Shown: positions 27,501 through 42,500 of the stretch, piece after piece
How positions within the stretch are numbered: the stretch's first letter is position 1
Layout of the letters: each line of letters starts with the position of its first letter
Assembly: GCA_051313645.2 (NCBI GenBank)
Contig: JBNRSN020000015.1
Span: 38,192,001-38,256,000, forward strand
Reading direction: 5' to 3'
Length of the DNA stretch: 64,000 nt
Source: Centroscyllium fabricii
Lineage: Eukaryota
Translations under genes and position numbers: made by a program
The notes under the pieces: model-generated
What the model was told of the DNA's origin: nothing
What the model saw: only the letters and a program-made list of their open reading frames with translations
The model's database searches: none

Positions 27501-30500
27501 CACATGGGAATATATTTCAATAAATGGCGTAGATGGAACAGATGTGACAAATGTGCAATTGTGTGGAATCAGCAGTGTTGGCATCATCAGTTGATGGGCA
27601 ACTGAAATCGAGGAAAATTAAGACTGTTGCAAAAGTTGTTCAACTGAAAGACAAGGCAATGGTTTATTGGATACAAATTGCAGTAATGATGATTGACATC
27701 TATAGACAGGTAGCCTGTGATGATGTGACAAGCCAGCAGTGGCCGGCGAATGTTGCATCAAACTGGTGGATTCTGCTAGCGGCTTGGAATGAAGATGCTT
27801 GGAGGCGAGGATGCTTATAATCTCTGGGTTGACATCAAGTTGATGTGCACACTGTGCAGTACCTTTGCCCATTACCTAGTTATGAAATCTATTTGCTTTT
27901 CTATAATTCTGTTCCTGTGTGGAGAATTGTCTCAAACCTGTTTGCAGGGTGGCAGACAAAGCAAAAGCACCTAGCACGAGTGGTGGTCAAAATTCTGTAA
28001 GATATTTTGCAGATAGAGGGGCCAGAAATATTTGCTCACTGTTTGCCAACTCTCCCAGTGGAAGGACTTGGTTAATGGGAAAGGTCTTCCGCAGGAGGTA
28101 GTCCACAGACGATGAGAATCAAAAGTGTGATAAGAAATCTGTGTAGGGTTGGTTACGTGGTTGTTGAGGTTGACATTGAGGAGTCGAATCTGAATGAGTC
28201 ATTTGACCAACCAGACAACTTGTACAGCACAGTTGCGATTATGATTAATTAGGATGGTTGAAAGTGGTTGCGTTGTTTTAAAGGATCTTCTTGAAGTATT
28301 AAATTGTCACACTTAGGTTGTTGATGTGATGGTTGTGATTGGCAGTGCCATCACAATGGAAAGGAATTGGAATGATATAGATTGAATCTGCACAGGTTAT
28401 CATGGATCATCGACGACAGCGGAGAATGAGCCGGTGTGAGATTGATGTTATTCTCAACATCTCATTAATATTTGCAGAACCAAATCCTGTGACCAATGTA
28501 ACAGTTTTGAATCGCAACACCACTTCAGTTACTCTAAGCTGGGTCCGTCCAATCGACCACAAGCCTCGGTACAGATACAGGGTGGAGACTAGGGAAAATC
28601 CATCTTCAAATAGCACTGTTACTAATGAATCCATTACCGTGGCTCAACTGGACCCTGGAACCAGATACACGTTCAGCGTGTTCACACTGGCGGCAGATGG
28701 TACATTAGCAGATCCGGTCACCATCTCTCTGACTACAGGTAGGAGTGCGGCTCAATTTGTATTTTGGTTCAATGAGAGTTCCTCCATGACCAAGATTTTG
28801 AAAAACACTGGTTAGGCCTCAGCTGGAGGATTGTGTTCAGTTCTGGGTACTCCACTTTTGGAAGGATGTCGAGGGCTTGGAGAGGGTGCACTTGACCGGT
28901 ACCAGGGATGAGGGACGTCTGTTGTGTGGAGAGAGTGGAAAAGCCAGGGTTGTTCTCCTTAGAACAGAGAAGGTTAAGAGGAGATTTGATAGAGGTGTTC
29001 AAAATCATGAATGGTCTTGATAGAGTAAATGAGGAGAAACACTTTCCAGTGGCAGAAGGACCGGTAACCAGAGACACAGATGTAAGGCAATTAGCAAAAG
29101 AAGCAGAGGCGACATGAGGAAACATTTTCTACACAGTGAGTTGTTGTGATTCAGAATGCACTGCCTGAAAGGGTGGTGAAAGCAGATTCCGTGGTAACTT
29201 TGAAAAGGAAAAGTGGCGAAATATTTGAAGGGGAAAAAGTTGCAGGACTTTGGGGAAAAAGTGGTCGAGTTGGACTCGTTGGAAAGCTCTACCAAAGAGC
29301 CGGCACAGACACCATGGACCGTATGTCGTCCTCCTATGATCGATGGGTAAAACTGGAGACTGTCGCTTCTGATTCAATCGTAAAGAAATGGACACCCATG
29401 AACAGAAAGAAAACATCAAGCTGAAAATTCATGTGACGGATGTAATTTGACTATCAATCTTCGAGAATTGAAATCCAAATAATGTTGGATGCCTTTTATG
29501 TTAGCAGGTGGAAAGGGTCTAAAGTCAGAAACTTAACTGGACCAGTCAAATTGGGTTGTAGGCCAAAGAAATTAGCTAAGGACTCAGTCTATCCTTTTCC
29601 ATTTCAGTCGGCAACATTTGTTGATTTGACCCTGACCAGAACTTGGATGGTTTTTAAGTATTCAGTTCTATATCATGTTTTTTGTGTGTAACTTTCCTCC
29701 CAACAGTTCCTTCCAAGCCTGGAGATATTACAGTGACGAGCTTTACCAACAGTTCAATCTCTCTGAGCTTGGGGAAACCTACAGGCATGAAGGTCGCTCA
29801 ATACAACTTTAGCATTATACACAGTCATTCTAATGGCAATGGCTCATTCATTGAGCATACAAACTCCACCACAATAACTGGCCTAGAACCTGGAACCAAT
29901 TACACCATCTCTGTAACTACCGTTGTTTTTGGTGATGTGAAGAGTGAAGCTGTAGTTATAAACCAATTCACAAGTAAGTGAGACACAATTTCTGCTGTGG
30001 AACTCGATTTTAATGGACTGTGTGCATGGATGGATACAACCAATAAATGGTCTGCTCTCAAGCAATTGAGAACCCTAACTGTGGGATAGCTCTGCTGAGA
30101 GGTTATTGGAATGTGCAAGATTGGCATTGGCAGAAACCTTGGTGAACTCTGTTACTGACCGCTGTAGAGTGTATCGGTTTATTGGCAACCTTTCACACGC
30201 AAGAAGTGACTATTTTGTTTAAATGCAACCTTGTTGAGAAAGATGATACTTTTGAAATGGGATAGACTAATGTATCTGATTTGGCAGGCTCTGGTGTCAA
30301 AATTTGATTGATGAGTGGACATTTCTTTGACATAGGTATCCATAGGGGTAGTAGAAGAGGAGACAGGATGAGTGGACCTGATTAATTCCCAGCCTAAAGC
30401 ATCTTAGTTATCAAGATAGGTTAAAAGAGCTGGGGCTCTACACTTTAGAGAAGCATAGACTTGGGGTCATCAGGTTGAGGTTTATAGGATGTTTACCAGT

Positions 30501-33500
30501 TGACTCTTTGTTCCAACTAATTAGGTTAGGGAGGACAGGGGGGTCACAATTTGAAGCTGTTTAAGGCCAGATCTAGGTTCGATGTGATGAGGTGCTTCTT
30601 TTGCCAGAGAATAGTGGACCTCTGGAGCAGGCTGGCCGTCTCATCCTTCACGTGAGAGCTCGACCTGTTTCTAGTTGGGGTGGATATCACCTCTGACGAA
30701 AGCTAGGTATTTCATGGAATTCAGAGTCCGAGTAATCTCCTGGACTAGTTTTGTTCGCCTAGATGGGTCAGTGAGGAATTTCCCAGATTTTTTTACCCTA
30801 AATTGGTCTGGGTTTTAAAGATCACATGGTTTCAGGTGGGGTGGCAATATCGCGATTGTGTGGGACATGCTGGATGGAGCAGAGGGTCTTTACCTGTCGG
30901 TCATTGTTCATATGTTTGTATATTTGCTGTGAATTACATCAAAGTTTTAGCAAGTTATAGCTTGGTGGAGTGACCGTTTCTCACCAATGGGACATTGGAC
31001 CCATTGGCTCCCTGATACATTTGACACAGCAGACCACAACAACAGCAACCCTCATTTATATGATGCCTTTAACGTAGGAAATTATCCCAAGGTGTTCCAC
31101 AGAAGGGTTCTAAAAACAAAAATTGACACCGCTGCATATCATTGAAGAATATTGTCTGCAGTGGAACACATGGGAATATATTTCAATAAATGGCGTAGAT
31201 GGAACAGATGTGACAAATGTGCAATTGTGTGGAATCAGCAGTGTTGGCATCATCAGTTGATGGGCAACTGAAATCGAGGAAAATTAAGACTGTTGCAAAA
31301 GTTGTTCAACTGAAAGACAAGGCAATGGTTTATTGGATACAAATTGCAGTAATGATGATTGACATCTATAGACAGGTAGCCTGTGATGATGTGACAAGCC
31401 AGCAGTGGCCGGCGAATGTTGCATCAAACTGGTGGATTCTGCTAGCGGCTTGGAATGAAGATGCTTGGAGGCGAGGATGCTTATAATCTCTGGGTTGACA
31501 TCAAGTTGATGTGCACACTGTGCAGTACCTTTGCCCATTACCTAGTTATGAAATCTATTTGCTTTTCTATAATTCTGTTCCTGTGTGGAGAATTGTCTCA
31601 AACCTGTTTGCAGGGTGGCAGACAAAGCAAAAGCACCTAGCACGAGTGGTGGTCAAAATTCTGTAAGATATTTTGCAGATAGAGGGGCCAGAAATATTTG
31701 CTCACTGTTTGCCAACTCTCCCAGTGGAAGGACTTGGTTAATGGGAAAGGTCTTCCGCAGGAGGTAGTCCACAGACGATGAGAATCAAAAGTGTGATAAG
31801 AAATCTGTGTAGGGTTGGTTACGTGGTTGTTGAGGTTGACATTGAGGAGTCGAATCTGAATGAGTCATTTGACCAACCAGACAACTTGTACAGCACAGTT
31901 GCGATTATGATTAATTAGGATGGTTGAAAGTGGTTGCGTTGTTTTAAAGGATCTTCTTGAAGTATTAAATTGTCACACTTAGGTTGTTGATGTGATGGTT
32001 GTGATTGGCAGTGCCATCACAATGGAAAGGAATTGGAATGATATAGATTGAATCTGCACAGGTTATCATGGATCATCGACGACAGCGGAGAATGAGCCGG
32101 TGTGAGATTGATGTTATTCTCAACATCTCATTAATATTTGCAGAACCAAATCCTGTGACCAATGTAACAGTTTTGAATCGCAACACCACTTCAGTTACTC
32201 TAAGCTGGGTCCGTCCAATCGACCACAAGCCTCGGTACAGATACAGGGTGGAGACTAGGGAAAATCCATCTTCAAATAGCACTGTTACTAATGAATCCAT
32301 TACCGTGGCTCAACTGGACCCTGGAACCAGATACACGTTCAGCGTGTTCACACTGGCGGCAGATGGTACATTAGCAGATCCGGTCACCATCTCTCTGACT
32401 ACAGGTAGGAGTGCGGCTCAATTTGTATTTTGGTTCAATGAGAGTTCCTCCATGACCAAGATTTTGAAAAACACTGGTTAGGCCTCAGCTGGAGGATTGT
32501 GTTCAGTTCTGGGTACTCCACTTTTGGAAGGATGTCGAGGGCTTGGAGAGGGTGCACTTGACCGGTACCAGGGATGAGGGACGTCTGTTGTGTGGAGAGA
32601 GTGGAAAAGCCAGGGTTGTTCTCCTTAGAACAGAGAAGGTTAAGAGGAGATTTGATAGAGGTGTTCAAAATCATGAATGGTCTTGATAGAGTAAATGAGG
32701 AGAAACACTTTCCAGTGGCAGAAGGACCGGTAACCAGAGACACAGATGTAAGGCAATTAGCAAAAGAAGCAGAGGCGACATGAGGAAACATTTTCTACAC
32801 AGTGAGTTGTTGTGATTCAGAATGCACTGCCTGAAAGGGTGGTGAAAGCAGATTCCGTGGTAACTTTGAAAAGGAAAAGTGGCGAAATATTTGAAGGGGA
32901 AAAAGTTGCAGGACTTTGGGGAAAAAGTGGTCGAGTTGGACTCGTTGGAAAGCTCTACCAAAGAGCCGGCACAGACACCATGGACCGTATGTCGTCCTCC
33001 TATGATCGATGGGTAAAACTGGAGACTGTCGCTTCTGATTCAATCGTAAAGAAATGGACACCCATGAACAGAAAGAAAACATCAAGCTGAAAATTCATGT
33101 GACGGATGTAATTTGACTATCAATCTTCGAGAATTGAAATCCAAATAATGTTGGATGCCTTTTATGTTAGCAGGTGGAAAGGGTCTAAAGTCAGAAACTT
33201 AACTGGACCAGTCAAATTGGGTTGTAGGCCAAAGAAATTAGCTAAGGACTCAGTCTATCCTTTTCCATTTCAGTCGGCAACATTTGTTGATTTGACCCTG
33301 ACCAGAACTTGGATGGTTTTTAAGTATTCAGTTCTATATCATGTTTTTTGTGTGTAACTTTCCTCCCAACAGTTCCTTCCAAGCCTGGAGATATTACAGT
33401 GACGAGCTTTACCAACAGTTCAATCTCTCTGAGCTTGGGGAAACCTACAGGCATGAAGGTTGCTCAATACAACTTTAGCATTATACACAGTCATTCTAAT

Positions 33501-36500
33501 GGCAATGGCTCATTCATTGAGCATACAAACTCCACCACAATAACTGGCCTAGAACCTGGAACCAATTACACCATCTCTGTAACTACCGTTGTTTTTGGTG
33601 ATGTGAAGAGTGAAGCTGTAGTTATAAACCAATTCACAAGTAAGTGAGACACAATTTCTGCTGTGGAACTCGATTTTAATGGACTGTGTGCATGGATGGA
33701 TACAACCAATAAATGGTCTGCTCTCAAGCAATTGAGAACCCTAACTGTGGGATAGCTCTGCTGAGAGGTTATTGGAATGTGCAAGATTGGCATTGGCAGA
33801 AACCTTGGTGAACTCTGTTACTGACCGCTGTAGAGTGTATCGGTTTATTGGCAACCTTTCACACGCAAGAAGTGACTATTTTGTTTAAATGCAACCTTGT
33901 TGAGAAAGATGATACTTTTGAAATGGGATAGACTAATGTATCTGATTTGGCAGGCTCTGGTGTCAAAATTTGATTGATGAGTGGACATTTCTTTGACATA
34001 GGTATCCATAGGGGTAGTAGAAGAGGAGACAGGATGAGTGGACCTGATTAATTCCCAGCCTAAAGCATCTTAGTTATCAAGATAGGTTAAAAGAGCTGGG
34101 GCTCTACACTTTAGAGAAGCATAGACTTGGGGTCATCAGGTTGAGGTTTATAGGATGTTTACCAGTTGACTCTTTGTTCCAACTAATTAGGTTAGGGAGG
34201 ACAGGGGGGTCACAATTTGAAGCTGTTTAAGGCCAGATCTAGGTTCGATGTGATGAGGTGCTTCTTTTGCCAGAGAATAGTGGACCTCTGGAGCAGGCTG
34301 GCCGTCTCATGCAGCAGACGCCGACTCGATAAATTCCTTCACGTGAGAGCTCGACCTGTTTCTAGTTGGGGTGGATATCACCTCTGACGAAAGCTAGGTA
34401 TTTCATGGAATTCAGAGTCCGAGTAATCTCCTGGACTAGTTTTGTTCGCCTAGATGGGTCAGTGAGGAATTTCCCAGATTTTTTTACCCTAAATTGGTCT
34501 GGGTTTTAAAGATCACATGGTTTCAGGTGGGGTGGCAATATCGCGATTGTGTGGGACATGCTGGATGGAGCAGAGGGTCTTTACCTGTCGGTCATTGTTC
34601 ATATGTTTGTATATTTGCTGTGAATTACATCAAAGTTTTAGCAAGTTATAGCTTGGTGGAGTGACCGTTTCTCACCAATGGGACATTGGACCCATTGGCT
34701 CCCTGATACATTTGACACAGCAGACCACAACAACAGCAACCCTCATTTATATGATGCCTTTAACATAGGAAATTATCCCAAGGTGTTCCACAGAAGGGTT
34801 CTAAAAACAAAAATTGACACCGCTGCATATCATTGAAGAATATTGTCTGCAGTGGAACACATGGGAATATATTTCAATAAATGGCGTAGATGGAACAGAT
34901 GTGACAAATGTGCAATTGTGTGGAATCAGCAGTGTTGGCATCATCAGTTGATGGGCAACTGAAATCGAGGAAAATTAAGACGGTTGCAAAAGTTGTTCAA
35001 CTGAAAGACAAGGCAATGGTTTATTGGATACAAATTGCAGTAATGATGATTGACATCTATAGACAGGTAGCCTGTGATGATGTGACAAGCCAGCAGTGGC
35101 CGGCGAATGTTGCATCAAACTGGTGGATTCTGCTAGCGGCTTGGAATGAAGATGCTTGGAGGCGAGGATGCTTATAATCTCTGGGTTGACATCAAGTTGA
35201 TGTGCACACTGTGCAGTACCTTTGCCCATTACCTAGTTATGAAATCTATTTGCTTCTCTATAATTCTGTTCCTGTGTGGAGAATTGTCTCAAACCTGTTT
35301 GCAGGGTGGCAGACAAAGCAAAAGCACCTAGCACGAGTGGTGGTCAAAATTCTGTAAGATATTTTGCAGATAGAGGGGCCAGAAATATTTGCTCACTGTT
35401 TGCCAACTCTCCCAGTGGAAGGACTTGGTTAATGGGAAAGGTCTTCCGCAGGAGGTAGTCCACAGACGATGAGAATCAAAAGTGTGATAAGAAATCTGTG
35501 TAGGGTTGGTTACGTGGTTGTTGAGGTTGACATTGAGGAGTCGAATCTGAATGAGTCATTTGACCAACCAGACAACTTGTACAGCACAGTTGCGATTATG
35601 ATTAATTAGGATGGTTGAAAGTGGTTGCGTTGTTTTAAAGGATCTTCTTGAAGTATTAAATTGTCACACTTAGGTTGTTGATGTGATGGTTGTGATTGGC
35701 AGTGCCATCACAATGGAAAGGAATTGGAATGATATAGATTGAATCTGCACAGGTTATCATGGATCATCGACGACAGCGGAGAATGAGCCGGTGTGAGATT
35801 GATGTTATTCTCAACATCTCATTAATATTTGCAGAACCAAATCCTGTGACCAATGTAACAGTTTTGAATCGCAACACCACTTCAGTTACTCTAAGCTGGG
35901 TCCGTCCAATCGACCACAAGCCTCGGTACAGATACAGGGTGGAGACTAGGGAAAATCCATCTTCAAATAGCACTGTTACTAATGAATCCATTACCGTGGC
36001 TCAACTGGACCCTGGAACCAGATACACGTTCAGCGTGTTCACACTGGCGGCAGATGGTACATTAGCAGATCCGGTCACCATCTCTCTGACTACAGGTAGG
36101 AGTGCGGCTCAATTTGTATTTTGGTTCAATGAGAGTTCCTCCATGACCAAGATTTTGAAAAACACTGGTTAGGCCTCAGCTGGAGGATTGTGTTCAGTTC
36201 TGGGTACTCCACTTTTGGAAGGATGTCGAGGGCTTGGGGAGGGTGCACTTGACCGGTACCAGGGATGAGGGACGTCTGTTGTGTGGAGAGAGTGGAAAAG
36301 CCAGGGTTGTTCTCCTTAGAACAGAGAAGGTTAAGAGGAGATTTGATAGAGGTGTTCAAAATCATGAATGGTCTTGATAGAGTAAATGAGGAGAAACACT
36401 TTCCAGTGGCAGAAGGACCGGTAACCAGAGACACAGATGTAAGGCAATTAGCAAAAGAAGCAGAGGCGACATGAGGAAACATTTTCTACACAGTGAGTTG

Positions 36501-39500
36501 TTGTGATTCAGAATGCACTGCCTGAAAGGGTGGTGAAAGCAGATTCCGTGGTAACTTTGAAAAGGAAAAGTGGCGAAATATTTGAAGGGGAAAAAGTTGC
36601 AGGACTTTGGGGAAAAAGTGGTCGAGTTGGACTCGTTGGAAAGCTCTACCAAAGAGCCGGCACAGACACCATGGACCGTATGTCGTCCTCCTACGATCGA
36701 TGGGTAAAACTGGAGACTGTCGCTTCTGATTCAATCGTAAAGAAATGGACACCCATGAACAGAAAGAAAACATCAAGCTGAAAATTCATGTGACGGATGT
36801 AATTTGACTATCAATCTTCGAGAATTGAAATCCAAATAATGTTGGATGCCTTTTATGTTAGCAGGTGGAAAGGGTCTAAAGTCAGAAACTTAACTGGACC
36901 AGTCAAATTGGGTTGTAGGCCAAAGAAATTAGCTAAGGACTCAGTCTATCCTTTTCCATTTCAGTCGGCAACATTTGTTGATTTGACCCTGACCAGAACT
37001 TGGATGGTTTTTAAGTATTCAGTTCTATATCATGTTTTTTGTGTGTAACTTTCCTCCCAACAGTTCCTTCCAAGCCTGGAGATATTACAGTGACGAGCTT
37101 TACCAACAGTTCAATCTCTCTGAGCTTGGGGAAACCTACAGGCATGAAGGTCGCTCAATACAACTTTAGCATTATACACAGTCATTCTAATGGCAATGGC
37201 TCATTCATTGAGCGTACAAACTCCACCACAATAACTGGCCTAGAACCTGGAACCAATTACACCATCTCTGTAACTACCGTTGTTTTTGGTGATGTGAAGA
37301 GTGAAGCTGTAGTTATAAACCAATTCACAAGTAAGTGAGACACAATTTCTGCTGTGGAACTCGATTTTAATGGACTGTGTGCATGGATGGATACAACCAA
37401 TAAATGGTCTGCTCTCAAGCAATTGAGAACCCTAACTGTGGGATAGCTCTGCTGAGAGGTTATTGGAATGTGCAAGATTGGCATTGGCAGAAACCTTGGT
37501 GAACTCTGTTACTGACCGCTGTAGAGTGTATCGGTTTATTGGCAACCTTTCACACGCAAGAAGTGACTATTTTGTTTAAATGCAACCTTGTTGAGAAAGA
37601 TGATACTTTTGAAATGGGATAGACTAATGTATCTGATTTGGCAGGCTCTGGTGTCAAAATTTGATTGATGAGTGGACATTTCTTTGACATAGGTATCCAT
37701 AGGGGTAGTAGAAGAGGAGACAGGATGAGTGGACCTGATTAATTCCCAGCCTAAAGCATCTTAGTTATCAAGATAGGTTAAAAGAGCTGGGGCTCTACAC
37801 TTTAGAGAAGCATAGACTTGGGGTCATCAGGTTGAGGTTTATAGGATGTTTACCAGTTGACTCTTTGTTCCAACTAATTAGGTTAGGGAGGACAGGGGGG
37901 TCACAATTTGAAGCTATTTAAGGCCAGATCTAGGTTCGATGTGATGAGGTGCTTCTTTTGCCAGAGAATAGTGGACCTCTGGAGCAGGCTGGCCGTCTCA
38001 TGCAGCAGACGCCGACTCGATAAATTCCTTCACGTGAGAGCTCGACCTGTTTCTAGTTGGGGTGGATATCACCTCTGACGAAAGCTAGGTATTTCATGGA
38101 ATTCAGAGTCCGAGTAATCTCCTGGACTAGTTTTGTTCGCCTAGATGGGTCAGTGAGGAATTTCCCAGATTTTTTTACCCTAAATTGGTCTGGGTTTTAA
38201 AGATCACATGGTTTCAGGTGGGGTGGCAATATCGCGATTGTGTGGGACATGCTGGATGGAGCAGAGGGTCCTTACCTGTCAGTCATTGTTCATATGTTTG
38301 TATATTTGCTGTAAATTACATCAAAGTTTTAGCAAGTTATAGCTTGGTGGAGTGACCGTTTCTCACCAATGGGACATTGGACCCATTGGCTCCCTGATAC
38401 ATTTGTCACAGCAGACCACAACAACAGCAACCCTCATTTATATGATGCCTTTAACATAGGAAATTATCCCAAGGTGTTCCACAGAAGGGTTCTAAAAACA
38501 AAAATTGACACCGCTGCATATCATTGAAGAATATTGTCTGCAGTGGAACACATGGGAATATATTTCAATAAATGGCGTAGATGGAACAGATGTGACAAAT
38601 GTGCAATTGTGTGGAATCAGCAGTGTTGGCATCATCAGTTGATGGGCAACAGAAATCGAGGAAAATTAAGACTGTTGCAAAAGTTGTTCAACTGAAAGAC
38701 AAGGCAATGGTTTATTGGATACAAATTGCAGTAATGATGATTGACATCTATAGACAGGTAGCCTGTGATGATGTGACAAGCCAGCAGTGGCCGGCGAATG
38801 TTGCATCAAACTGGTGGATTCTGCTAGCGGCTTGGAATGAAGATGCTTGGAGGCGAGGATGCTTATAATCTCTGGGTTGACATCAAGTTGATGTGCACAC
38901 TGTGCAGTACCTTTGCCCATTACCTAGTTATGAAATCTATTTGCTTTTCTATAATTCTGTTCCTGTGTGGAGAATTGTCTCAAAACTGTTTGCAGAGTGG
39001 CAGACAAAGCAAAAGCACCTAGCACGAGTGGTGGTCAAAATTCTGTAAGATATTTTGCAGATAGAGGGGCCAGAAATATTTGCTCACTGTTTGCCAACTC
39101 TCCCAGTGGAAGGACTTGGTTAATGGGAAAGGTCTTCCGCAGGAGGTAGTCCACAGACGATGAGAATCAAAAGTGTGCTAAGAAATCTGTGTAGGGTTGG
39201 TTACGTGGTTGTTGAGGTTGACATTGAGGAGTCGAATCTGAATGAGTCATTTGACCAACCAGACAACTTGTACAGCACAGTTGCGATTATGATTAATTAG
39301 GATGGTTGAAAGTGGTTGCGTTGTTTTAAAGGATCTTCTTGAAGTATTAAATTGTCACACTTAGGTTGTTGATGTGATGGTTGTGATTGGCAGTGCCATC
39401 ACAATGGAAAGGAATTGGAATGATATAGATTGAATCTGCACAGGTTATCATGGATCATCGACGACAGCGGAGAATGAGCCGGTGTGAGATTGATGTTATT

Positions 39501-42500
39501 CTCAACATCTCATTAATATTTGCAGAACCAAATCCTGTGACCAATGTAACAGTTTTGAATCGCAACACCACTTCAGTTACTCTAAGCTGGGTCCGTCCAA
39601 TCGACCACAAGCCTCGGTACAGATACAGGGTGGAGACTAGGGAAAATCCATCTTCAAATAGCACTGTTACTAATGAATCCATTACCGTGGCTCAACTGGA
39701 CCCTGGAACCAGATACACGTTCAGCGTGTTCACACTGGCGGCAGATGGTACATTAGCAGATCCGGTCACCATCTCTCTGACTACAGGTAGGAGTGCGGCT
39801 CAATTTGTATTTTGGTTCAATGAGAGTTCCTCCATGACCAAGATTTTGAAAAACACTGGTTAGGCCTCAGCTGGAGGATTGTGTTCAGTTCTGGGTACTC
39901 CACTTTTGGAAGGATGTCGAGGGCTTGGAGAGGGTGCACTTGACCGGTACCAGGGATGAGGGACGTCTGTTGTGTGGAGAGAGTGGAAAAGCCAGGGTTG
40001 TTCTCCTTAGAACAGAGAAGGTTAAGAGGAGATTTGATAGAGGTGTTCAAAATCATGAATGGTCTTGATAGAGTAAATGAGGAGAAACACTTTCCAGTGG
40101 CAGAAGGACCGGTAACCAGAGACACAGATGTAAGGCAATTAGCAAAAGAAGCAGAGGCGACATGAGGAAACATTTTCTACACAGTGAGTTGTTGTGATTC
40201 AGAATGCACTGCCTGAAAGGGTGGTGAAAGCAGATTCCGTGGTAACTTTGAAAAGGAAAAGTGGCGAAATATTTGAAGGGGAAAAAGTTGCAGGACTTTG
40301 GGGAAAAAGTGGTCGAGTTGGACTCGTTGGAAAGCTCTACCAAAGAGCCGGCACAGACACCATGGACCGTATGTCGTCCTCCTATGATCGATGGGTAAAA
40401 CTGGAGACTGTCGCTTCTGATTCAATCGTAAAGAAATGGACACCCATGAACAGAAAGAAAACATCAAGCTGAAAATTCATGTGACGGATGTAATTTGACT
40501 ATCAATCTTCGAGAATTGAAATCCAAATAATGTTGGATGCCTTTTATGTTAGCAGGTGGAAAGGGTCTAAAGTCAGAAACTTAACTGGACCAGTCAAATT
40601 GGGTTGTAGGCCAAAGAAATTAGCTAAGGACTCAGTCTATCCTTTTCCATTTCAGTCGGCAACATTTGTTGATTTGACCCTGACCAGAACTTGGATGGTT
40701 TTTAAGTATTCAGTTCTATATCATGTTTTTTGTGTGTAACTTTCCTCCCAACAGTTCCTTCCAAGCCTGGAGATATTACAGTGACGAGCTTTACCAACAG
40801 TTCAATCTCTCTGAGCTTGGGGAAACCTACAGGCATGAAGGTCGCTCAATACAACTTTAGCATTATACACAGTCATTCTAATGGCAATGGCTCATTCATT
40901 GAGCGTACAAACTCCACCACAATAACTGGCCTAGAACCTGGAACCAATTACACCATCTCTGTAACTACCGTTGTTTTTGGTGATGTGAAGAGTGAAGCTG
41001 TAGTTATAAACCAATTCACAAGTAAGTGAGACACAATTTCTGCTGTGGAACTCGATTTTAATGGACTGTGTGCATGGATGGATACAACCAATAAATGGTC
41101 TGCTCTCAAGCAATTGAGAACCCTAACTGTGGGATAGCTCTGCTGAGAGGTTATTGGAATGTGCAAGATTGGCATTGGCAGAAACCTTGGTGAACTCTGT
41201 TACTGACCGCTGTAGAGTGTATCGGTTTATTGGCAACCTTTCACACGCAAGAAGTGACTATTTTGTTTAAATGCAACCTTGTTGAGAAAGATGATACTTT
41301 TGAAATGGGATAGACTAATGTATCTGATTTGGCAGGCTCTGGTGTCAAAATTTGATTGATGAGTGGACATTTCTTTGACATAGGTATCCATAGGGGTAGT
41401 AGAAGAGGAGACAGGATGAGTGGACCTGATTAATTCCCAGCCTAAAGCATCTTAGTTATCAAGATAGGTTAAAAGAGCTGGGGCTCTACACTTTAGAGAA
41501 GCATAGACTTGGGGTCATCAGGTTGAGGTTTATAGGATGTTTACCAGTTGACTCTTTGTTCCAACTAATTAGGTTAGGGAGGACAGGGGGGTCACAATTT
41601 GAAGCTGTTTAAGGCCAGATCTAGGTTCGATGTGATGAGGTGCTTCTTTTGCCAGAGAATAGTGGACCTCTGGAGCAGGCTGGCCGTCTCATGCAGCAGA
41701 CGCCGACTCGATAAATTCCTTCACGTGAGAGCTCGACCTGTTTCTAGTTGGGGTGGATATCACCTCTGACGAAAGCTAGGTATTTCATGGAATTCAGAGT
41801 CCGAGTAATCTCCTGGACTAGTTTTGTTCGCCTAGATGGGTCAGTGAGGAATTTCCCAGATTTTTTTACCCTAAATTGGTCTGGGTTTTAAAGATCACAT
41901 GGTTTCAGGTGGGGTGGCAATATCGCGATTGTGTGGGACATGCTGGATGGAGCAGAGGGTCTTTACCTGTCAGTCATTGTTCATATGTTTGTATATTTGC
42001 TGTAAATTACATCAAAGTTTTAGCAAGTTATAGCTTGGTGGAGTGACCGTTTCTCACCAATGGGACATTGGACCCATTGGCTCCCTGATACATTTGTCAC
42101 AGCAGACCACAACAACAGCAACCCTCATTTATATGATGCCTTTAACGTAGGAAATTATCCCAAGGTGTTCCACAGAAGGGTTCTAAAAACAAAAATTGAC
42201 ACCGCTGCATATCATTGAAGAATATTGTCTGCAGTGGAACACATGGGAATATATTTCAATAAATGGCGTAGATGGAACAGATGTGACAAATGTGCAATTG
42301 TGTGGAATCAGCAGTGTTGGCATCATCAGTTGATGGGCAACTGAAATCGAGGAAAATTAAGACGGTTGCAAAAGTTGTTCAACTGCAAGACAAGGCAATG
42401 GTTTATTGGATACAAATTGCAGTAATGATGATTGACATCTATAGACAGGTAGCCTGTGATGATGTGACAAGCCAGCAGTGGCCGGCGAATGTTGCATCAA

